A DNA stretch of 64,000 nt from Flavobacteriales bacterium (GTDB lineage Bacteria; Bacteroidota; Bacteroidia; UBA10329), in NCBI GenBank assembly GCA_021741155.1, contig JAIOYP010000002.1, forward strand, positions 113,557 through 177,556, written 5' to 3'. The position numbers and the translations under genes were made by a program. Positions 57,668 to 64,000 of the stretch are shown here, piece by piece (within the stretch, counting starts at the first letter, position 1; each line of letters opens with the position of its first letter). Below the pieces are notes generated by a model. It made no database searches. It was not told the origin of the DNA and was given only the letters and a program-made list of their open reading frames with translations.

Positions 57668-58258
57668 TCAAGACTGATGTCGCGATTTTAGAACAGCTTC
57701 AACGTCTTCCAACGATTTTCCTTTGGCTGTCAACAGAACCAAATAATGGAACAGTAAGTCGGCAGATTCATTCAGGAATAGCTCATCGTTATCATCCTTC
57801 GCCTCAATCACCGTTTCAATCGCTTCTTCCCCTACTTTCTGAGCAATCTTATTGATTCCTTTTTCAAACAACGAAGTCGTGTACGATTTCTCGCTCGGAT
57901 TCGCTTTTCGGTCTTCTATAATTCGTTGCAATTGATGCACAAAACCGCTAGCATCAGCATTGCCAAAACACGTGTCTGTTCCCTTATGGCAGGTTGGTCC
58001 CACAGGTTCTGCCTGAATCAAAAGCGTGTCGTTGTCGCAATCAACTTCGATTGACTTCAGCAACAAAAAGTTACCCGATTCCTCACCTTTCGTCCAAAGT
58101 CGTTGTTTGCTGCGCGAAAAGAAAGTCACCTTTCCGTCAGCCTGCGTTTTGGTCAATGCTTCCTCGTTCATATACCCCAACATCAGCACCGTTTTGGTGG
58201 CGTAATGCTGAATAATGACAGGAACCAGCCCATCGCCTTTGCTAAAATCTATGTTCAT
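57668..58258 (-). CDS. hisIE: bifunctional phosphoribosyl-AMP cyclohydrolase / phosphoribosyl-ATP pyrophosphatase
   Basis: HisI N-half (…[10 protein letters not shown]…CHKGTDTCF…) and HisE C-half. Confidence 0.9.
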   Translation of the reverse strand: MNIDFSKGDGLVPVIIQHYATKTVLMLGYMNEEALTKTQADGKVTFFSRSKQRLWTKGEESGNFLLLKSIEVDCDNDTLLIQAEPVGPTCHKGTDTCFGNADASGFVHQLQRIIEDRKANPSEKSYTTSLFEKGINKIAQKVGEEAIETVIEAKDDNDELFLNESADLLFHYLVLLTAKGKSLEDVEAVLKSRHQS

Positions 58259-59007
58259 CTTACTGGAATTCCTTTCGTTCTTAATTCGTTTTTGAGTTGC
58301 GGGATGGGCACTTCGCCAAAGTGAAAAATACTGGCGGCCAAGGCGGCATCCACACCTGTTTTTTCAAATACATCTATAAAATGCTGGGCATTGCCTGCTC
58401 CGCCAGATGCAATGATTGGGACATGCGTTATTGCATTCAATTCTTTAAGTAATTCAATAGCAAAACCACCTTTTGTGCCGTCATGTTCCATAGATGTGAC
58501 GAGCAATTCGCCTGCGCCAAGTTCCTCCGCTTGTTTTGCCCACTCGAAAACGTCAAGTTCTGTGGCTGTTCTTCCGCCATGCGTAAATACACGCCATTTT
58601 CCATCCACCTTTCCAGCATCAATTGCCACCACCACACATTGATTACCGAATTCATTGGCAAGCTCAGAAATGAGTTCAGGTCGTTTGACTGCCGATGAGT
58701 TGATGCTCACTTTATCGGCACCAGCGGCCAAGAGTTTTTCTACATCGGAAACAGAACTGATACCTCCACCAACGGTGAATGGAATATTGATTTCCTCCGC
58801 GATATGTCCGACCAACTCTGCAAACGTTTTTCGTCCTTCTACGGTAGCGGTTATGTCGAGGAAAACCAATTCATCTGCTCCTTGCTCAACATAAACTTTC
58901 GCCAATTCAATTGGGTCCCCAGCGTCTCTAATATCCACAAAATTGACACCCTTTACGGTGCGGCCATCTTTGATATCCAAGCACGGTATGATGCGTTTTT
59001 TTAACAA
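58255..59007 (-). CDS. hisF: imidazole glycerol phosphate synthase, cyclase subunit
   Basis: [23 protein letters not shown]…, a canonical HisF. Confidence 0.95.
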   Translation of the reverse strand: MLKKRIIPCLDIKDGRTVKGVNFVDIRDAGDPIELAKVYVEQGADELVFLDITATVEGRKTFAELVGHIAEEINIPFTVGGGISSVSDVEKLLAAGADKVSINSSAVKRPELISELANEFGNQCVVVAIDAGKVDGKWRVFTHGGRTATELDVFEWAKQAEELGAGELLVTSMEHDGTKGGFAIELLKELNAITHVPIIASGGAGNAQHFIDVFEKTGVDAALAASIFHFGEVPIPQLKNELRTKGIPVR

Positions 59008-59077
59008 GAGATTATGGATTTTAGAAATACGATTGACGATTTTAGAATAGGGAAATGGAATTAGAGATTAGGCGGTT

Positions 59078-59455
59078 TTAACTTTTGGAGTTTCCAGAAG
59101 GATTGAGACGTTTTCGTACGGTATTGATGGAGGCCACGATAATTGACAGCAATTCATTTGCTTCCTTTTGAAGCCTAATATTTGTCTCATTTTCCACTTC
59201 GGTCAATTCATTAATGAGTTCGAGAAAAAACATGCTTTCATCACATTCCTCTTCGACAATCTTCAATTTATTGAGGAAGTCCCTATCTGATTTTGCTCTA
59301 CAAGCCGCTCGGTAATTGGCACCGACCGAACTCGAACATCTTACCAATTGCCGATGATAAGCCAAAAAGGTGGCGTCCTTTGGCAATTTGTATAAGTATT
59401 TAGCAGTGTCAATTGAAAACTGCTTCGTCCTCTGCTTCAGGTCTCTTGCTTCCAT
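59078..59455 (-). CDS. four-helix-bundle protein (TIGR02436; rRNA-intervening-sequence-protein-like) inserted in the his operon
   Basis: …YHRQLVRCSSSVGANYRAACRAKSDRDFLNKLKIVEEECDESMFFLELI…, the hallmark of the family. 125 aa, between hisF and hisA. Confidence 0.8.
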   Translation of the reverse strand: MEARDLKQRTKQFSIDTAKYLYKLPKDATFLAYHRQLVRCSSSVGANYRAACRAKSDRDFLNKLKIVEEECDESMFFLELINELTEVENETNIRLQKEANELLSIIVASINTVRKRLNPSGNSKS

Positions 59456-59461
59456 GGTGCG

Positions 59462-60184
59462 TCAATCTAAAATCAAACTTCTAAAATCGTCAATCAGTAT
59501 TCTTCCTTCATAAAATGCTTTTCCTACAATAGCAGCTTCACAATTAATCTCCTTTAATTCTCTTAAATCTTGGAGAGAAGAAACGCCTCCACTGGCAATC
59601 AATTTCAGTTGAGGTGTTCTTGTAAGAATACGAGTATACAAATCGATGGATGGGCCTTGCAACATGCCGTCTTTGGCAATATCGGTACAAACCACATATT
59701 CAATGCCTTCTTGCTGATAATTTGAGATGAAATCAATGGCATCCAAACCAGAATCATCAAGCCAACCATGCGTGGCAATTCTGCCATTTTTGGCATCCGC
59801 ACCGAGAATAATCTTCTCTGATCCGAACTCGGAAATCCATTGCAATACAGTTTCACGGTCATTTACGGCAATGCTGCCTGCCGTAATTTGAATCGCGCCA
59901 GCTTCGAAAACTGTTTTTACGTCTTCTGTGGTTCGCAAACCTCCACCAAAATCTACTTTCAAGTTGGTGTTTGAAGTGATGCCTTCCAGCACTTTCCAAT
60001 TCACCACTTTCTTGGCTTTTGCGCCATCCAGATCAACCAAATGCAAGTGCTTCAAACCCGCAGCTTCAAACTGCTTTGCGACTTCTAGCGGGTTCTCGTT
60101 GTAAACGGTTTTCTGTGCGTAATCGCCCTGCGAAAGGCGCACGCATTTTCCATCAATAATATCAATGGCAGGAATGATTCTCAT
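59462..60184 (-). CDS. hisA: ProFAR isomerase
   Basis: [17 protein letters not shown]…, a typical HisA. Confidence 0.95.
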   Translation of the reverse strand: MRIIPAIDIIDGKCVRLSQGDYAQKTVYNENPLEVAKQFEAAGLKHLHLVDLDGAKAKKVVNWKVLEGITSNTNLKVDFGGGLRTTEDVKTVFEAGAIQITAGSIAVNDRETVLQWISEFGSEKIILGADAKNGRIATHGWLDDSGLDAIDFISNYQQEGIEYVVCTDIAKDGMLQGPSIDLYTRILTRTPQLKLIASGGVSSLQDLRELKEINCEAAIVGKAFYEGRILIDDFRSLILD

Positions 60185-60762
60185 AGCTCCAAAAAGTTTT
60201 TGATGAGTTGCTGCCCAACCTCGGCTGACTTCTCAGGATGAAACTGAACCGCATGGAAATTATCTTTCTGTAAGGCTGCTGAGAAAGGTAGAATGTATTC
60301 GCATTGAGCGGTGGTTTGTGTTCCCAATTCTGCATGATAACTGTGCACGAAATAGAAGTCATCAGCAGTTGAAATCCCATTAAAAAGAGAGCTTTTCAAC
60401 TCCGAACAATTGTTCCAGCCCATGTGCGGTACTTTCTCTTTTGTTGACTGAAAACGTTTTACGTTCTCATTAAAAATTCCGAGGCAATCGGTATTTCCTT
60501 CTTCCGAATGCTTACACATCAATTGCAGTCCGAGGCAAATTCCTAAAAAAGGTTGATTTAGGCTCTTGAGTACTTCATCTAATCCTCTTTCGCGCAAGTA
60601 GCGCATGGCTGAACTTGCTTCACCAACACCTGGAAAAATGACTTTTTCTGCTTCGCGAAGCAGCTTTGGGTCATCTGTCACGAGCGCTTCTACACCAAGT
60701 CGATGAAGCGCGTTAGTTACCGAACGAATGTTTCCAGCATTGTATTTGACAATAGCAATCAT
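60181..60762 (-). CDS. hisH: imidazole glycerol phosphate synthase, glutaminase subunit
   Basis: …GICLGLQL… catalytic Cys and …HSY… triad. Start MIAIVKY overlapping the hisB stop (ATGA). Confidence 0.9.
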   Translation of the reverse strand: MIAIVKYNAGNIRSVTNALHRLGVEALVTDDPKLLREAEKVIFPGVGEASSAMRYLRERGLDEVLKSLNQPFLGICLGLQLMCKHSEEGNTDCLGIFNENVKRFQSTKEKVPHMGWNNCSELKSSLFNGISTADDFYFVHSYHAELGTQTTAQCEYILPFSAALQKDNFHAVQFHPEKSAEVGQQLIKNFLEL

Positions 60763-61844
60763 AGTACGCCTTTTGTTGATGGCATCGCTCCATCTTCTGT
60801 TTTCGAAACTGCCATGCGGATTGCTCTCGCCCATGCTTTGAAAATAGCTTCAATCTTATGGTGTTCGTTCTGTCCTTCGGCTTTGATATTGAGGTTGCAA
60901 CGTGCCTTGTCTGAGAACGATTTGAAGAAATGCGAGAACATTTCGGTCGGCATTTCTCCGATTTTCTCACGCTTGAAATCTGCTTCCCAAACTGACCACG
61001 GTCGGCCACCAAAATCGATGGCTACTTGTGCCAAGCAATCATCCATCGGAAGCAAAAAACCATAGCGTTGAATGCCTTTTCGAGAACCCAAAGCTTGGTC
61101 GAAAGCTTCGCCCAAAGCCAACGCCACATCTTCTATTGTGTGATGCTCATCAATATGCAAATCGCCCGAGACTGTCACCGATAAATCCATGTTTCCGTGC
61201 TTGGCCAATTGCTCCAACATGTGGTCGAAGAAACCGAGGCCTGTCTCCATTTTCGACTTTCCAGAACCATCTAAATTGAGTTCAATTTGAATATCTGTCT
61301 CCGAAGTTTTCCGATGAATTGAGCCCAGACGTGGCTGCTCTTTCAAGAAACGGTAAATCTCGTTCCAAGAAGTGGTTGTAAGCGCACAATCAGAAGATGA
61401 ATCCGAAATGAAAATGGCTTTTGACCCAAGGTTTTCTGCCAACTCAATGTCGGTTTTTCGATCCCCGATGACGAATGAGTTTTTGAGGTCGTAATTCCCT
61501 TTGATGTAATGTGTCAGCAATCCCGTTCGTGGTTTGCGTGTTGGTGCATTATCGGCAGGAAAACTGCGGTCGATGAGTACTTCCGAAAAGCGAATTCCTT
61601 CGCCCTCCAAGGTTTGCATCATCAAATTATGAGCAGGCCAGAATGTATCTTCTGGAAACGAATCTGTTCCCAATCCATCCTGATTAGTGACCATCACCAA
61701 TTCGTAATCCAACTCTGTGGCAATTTTAGCCAAATTGGAAATCGCACCAGGATAGAATTCCAATTTCTCGAAGCTATCTATCTGCTCGTCAGCTGGTTCT
61801 TTGATGATTGTTCCGTCTCTATCTATGAATAATACCTTCTTCAT
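60759..61844 (-). CDS. hisB: bifunctional histidinol-phosphatase / imidazoleglycerol-phosphate dehydratase
   Basis: N-terminal HAD phosphatase (FIDRDGT) plus C-terminal IGPD. Confidence 0.95.
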   Translation of the reverse strand: MKKVLFIDRDGTIIKEPADEQIDSFEKLEFYPGAISNLAKIATELDYELVMVTNQDGLGTDSFPEDTFWPAHNLMMQTLEGEGIRFSEVLIDRSFPADNAPTRKPRTGLLTHYIKGNYDLKNSFVIGDRKTDIELAENLGSKAIFISDSSSDCALTTTSWNEIYRFLKEQPRLGSIHRKTSETDIQIELNLDGSGKSKMETGLGFFDHMLEQLAKHGNMDLSVTVSGDLHIDEHHTIEDVALALGEAFDQALGSRKGIQRYGFLLPMDDCLAQVAIDFGGRPWSVWEADFKREKIGEMPTEMFSHFFKSFSDKARCNLNIKAEGQNEHHKIEAIFKAWARAIRMAVSKTEDGAMPSTKGVL

Positions 61845-62875
61845 GATTCTAATTTTTTCAATTCAGCGAGAAGCTGCGTGTTTTCTTCTGATGTACCGAT
61901 GGTAATACGCAAACATCCATACGCCACTTTCGAGCGGTCGCGCACAACGATTCCTTGTTCGGTCAATGCTTTGTAAACCGCCTTAGCTTTCACGAATTTG
62001 ACCAACAGAAAATTGGCATCTGAAGGGTGAATTTTTTCTACTCTTTTTAACTTGGATAGCTCGGTTTTCAATCGCGTTCTTTCAGAAAGAATGGCATCCA
62101 CTTCTTTTTTAAAAGCCGCTTCATCAGCTAATTCTTTCAGCGCAACTTCTTGCGTGAGTTGATTGACATTGTAAGGAGGTTTGATGCGATTGAGCACATC
62201 TATAACTTCGCTGTTTGCGAACGCCATCCCGAGTCGGATTCCCGCCAATCCCCAAGCTTTGCTAAGTGTTTGTAATACGACAAGATTGTTGAATTTGCCA
62301 AGTTCAGATGTGAGGCTTTCTGTCTCCGAAAAATCAATGTAAGCTTCGTCAACCACAACCAGACCATTAAACTCTGAAACCAACGTGAGAATTTCCTGGC
62401 GATTCATGCTGTTTCCAGTTGGATTGTTAGGCGAGCAAATGAAAATGAGTTTCATATAGTCGTCAGAAAAGAGGCTACGAAGATGTTCCAATGGAAGGTG
62501 CCAATCAAGAGTTAAAGGAAGCTCGACCATTTCCACGTCATTAATATCGGCACTTACCTGATACATGCCATACGTGGGTGAACAGATTACAGCTTTGTCC
62601 TTTCTTGGTTCGCAAAAACCACGAAACAAAAGGTCGATGGCCTCATCACTTCCATTACCAAGAAATATATTCTCGGTCGGGACGTTTTTCAGTTCAGAAA
62701 TACGCGCTTTCAGTTTTTTCTGCAGCGGGTCGGGATAACGGTTTAGCCCGTTGTTGTTGGGGTTTTCATTCGCATCCAACCAAACAGAAGCCGAGCCTTT
62801 GAACTCATCTCTGGCGCTGCTGTACGGCTTCAGATTCCGCACATTCTTTCTGACAAGCGATTGTATATCAACCAT
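61841..62875 (-). CDS. hisC: histidinol-phosphate aminotransferase
   Basis: PLP-lysine region …[13 protein letters not shown]…, 344 aa. Confidence 0.95.
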   Translation of the reverse strand: MVDIQSLVRKNVRNLKPYSSARDEFKGSASVWLDANENPNNNGLNRYPDPLQKKLKARISELKNVPTENIFLGNGSDEAIDLLFRGFCEPRKDKAVICSPTYGMYQVSADINDVEMVELPLTLDWHLPLEHLRSLFSDDYMKLIFICSPNNPTGNSMNRQEILTLVSEFNGLVVVDEAYIDFSETESLTSELGKFNNLVVLQTLSKAWGLAGIRLGMAFANSEVIDVLNRIKPPYNVNQLTQEVALKELADEAAFKKEVDAILSERTRLKTELSKLKRVEKIHPSDANFLLVKFVKAKAVYKALTEQGIVVRDRSKVAYGCLRITIGTSEENTQLLAELKKLES

Positions 62876-64000
62876 TTTGCAACTTCTTTAATCGAACTGT
62901 GACTGCATTTCTGTGTGCATCCAATTGCTCTGCCGAAGCCATTGTTTCTATGCTGGGGCCAATGTTCTGAATGCCTTCTGCACTCAACTTTTGGAAGGTC
63001 ACTTTCTTCACAAAACTATCTAACGAAACACCGCTGTAGCTTCTGGCATAGCCGTTTGTTGGTAAGGTGTGATTGGTTCCGCTGGCGTAATCTCCAGCGC
63101 TTTCGCAACTGTAATTTCCGATGAAAACGCTTCCTGCATTCACCACTTTCTCGGCCAATTCATCAGCATTTTTTACAGCAAGAATCAAGTGTTCTGGAGC
63201 GTAATGGTTGGAGAAGCTCATCGCTTCGTCCGAAGTGTTCACCAGCAGAGCGGAACTGTTTTTCAAAGCTAGTTCAGCAATCTCTTTTCGAGGAAGTTGC
63301 TCCAATTGCTCTTCTACTTCCAGAAGGATATTTGACAACACATTTTCACTACCAACAACTACAAGCACAACCTGACTATCTGGGCCGTGCTCGGCCTGAC
63401 TTAGCAAATCGGCCGCTACAAAAGCAGGTTCGCAACTTTCATCAGCAATCACCAAAACTTCACTTGGACCCGCTGGCATATCAATGGCTAAACCGTTCTG
63501 CTGAATCAGTTGCTTCGCCATGGTCACGTATTGATTTCCTGGACCAAAGATCTTGTCAACCTTCGGAATAGAATCCGTTCCGAAGGTCATGGCTGCAATA
63601 GCCTGAGCACCGCCAACCGTGTAAATCTGCTTCAAACCAAGTTTCTGCGCAACATATAAAATGGCGCTATCAACTGAACCAGTTTTACTTGGAGGTGTAC
63701 AAACCACAATCTCTTTACAGCCCGCAATGGTTGCTGGAATTCCTAACATCAATAGCGTAGAAAATAGAGGGGCGCTCCCTCCAGGAATATAAAGCCCGAC
63801 CTTTTCAATGGCGATGCTTTTACGCCAGCAAAAAACGCCTTGAGTTGTTTCGACTTTTTCGGGAGTTGATTGCTGCGCAGCGTGGAACGCGTGAATGTTC
63901 TTCCAAGCTACATCAATTGCCGATTTCAGTTCTAGGTCTATCTCCACCGAATTTGGAACAGTAAGAATCAACGACTTCAACTCAACTTTGTCAAACTTGG
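62868..64000 (-). CDS. hisD: histidinol dehydrogenase (N-terminus lies beyond window end)
   Basis: …GLYIPGGSAPLFSTLLM…QAEHGPDSQ…SPEHL… Aligns to E. coli HisD from about residue 60, so the true start is beyond position 64000. Confidence 0.9.
   Translation of the reverse strand, partial: KFDKVELKSLILTVPNSVEIDLELKSAIDVAWKNIHAFHAAQQSTPEKVETTQGVFCWRKSIAIEKVGLYIPGGSAPLFSTLLMLGIPATIAGCKEIVVCTPPSKTGSVDSAILYVAQKLGLKQIYTVGGAQAIAAMTFGTDSIPKVDKIFGPGNQYVTMAKQLIQQNGLAIDMPAGPSEVLVIADESCEPAFVAADLLSQAEHGPDSQVVLVVVGSENVLSNILLEVEEQLEQLPRKEIAELALKNSSALLVNTSDEAMSFSNHYAPEHLILAVKNADELAEKVVNAGSVFIGNYSCESAGDYASGTNHTLPTNGYARSYSGVSLDSFVKKVTFQKLSAEGIQNIGPSIETMASAEQLDAHRNAVTVRLKKLQNG

Noticed and set aside
1-64000. tRNA, rRNA, transposase, integrase, restriction-modification or other defence genes
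   Set aside because: No cloverleaf-compatible intergenic sequence, rRNA signature, DDE/tyrosine-recombinase ORF or DNA-methyltransferase motif was found. The only methyltransferase present is a class I small-molecule or protein methyltransferase type.

Overview
This is a 64-kb chromosomal segment from a Bacteroidota genome, probably Flavobacteriia-like. Evidence for that placement: a T9SS C-terminal sorting domain on a secreted protease, TAnnTTTG-type -7 promoter boxes, the rplM-rpsI-rpsB-tsf-pyrH-frr arrangement, a DUF4270 gene next to a short glycogen synthase, and no Shine-Dalgarno sequences. Overall GC is roughly 45%. Most of the window is core housekeeping: the ribosomal/translation cluster, kbl, sodA, glmS, panCD, radA, purN, comM, ispB, rlmN, ispD, queA, truB, uppP, ftsX, and a hisD-C-B-H-A-F-IE operon interrupted by a four-helix-bundle gene. 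Accessory content scattered among these:
1. An RsrA-like redox module: a zinc-finger (ZAS) anti-sigma factor with C-x26-H-x3-C-x2-C, an ECF sigma, YceI and a periplasmic thioredoxin. A duplicated promoter-like 30-mer precedes yceI and a divergent, extremely Met-rich membrane protein.
2. A putative metal-uptake trio: a Cys-rich small secreted protein, a TonB-dependent receptor and a CxxC heavy-metal-associated (HMA) protein.
3. A 1052-aa periplasmic propeller/Y_Y_Y/TM/class-III adenylate cyclase sensor, followed by a Spy/CpxP-like LTxxQ protein and tandem terminators.
4. A ParE/RelE toxin with an overlapping (ATGA) small unannotated antitoxin, driven by a leaderless TAACTTTG promoter.
5. A low-GC zinc-ribbon SAM methyltransferase gene lying next to a decayed copy of the neighbouring OmpA gene 3' end, suggesting insertion.
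6. A bacterial neutral-ceramidase homolog.
7. An ABC-F ATPase flanked by two related GC-rich ~45-nt elements plus a CT/GA low-complexity tract.
8. Several unusual long hairpins.
No tRNA, rRNA, CRISPR array, transposase or integrase was recognised.
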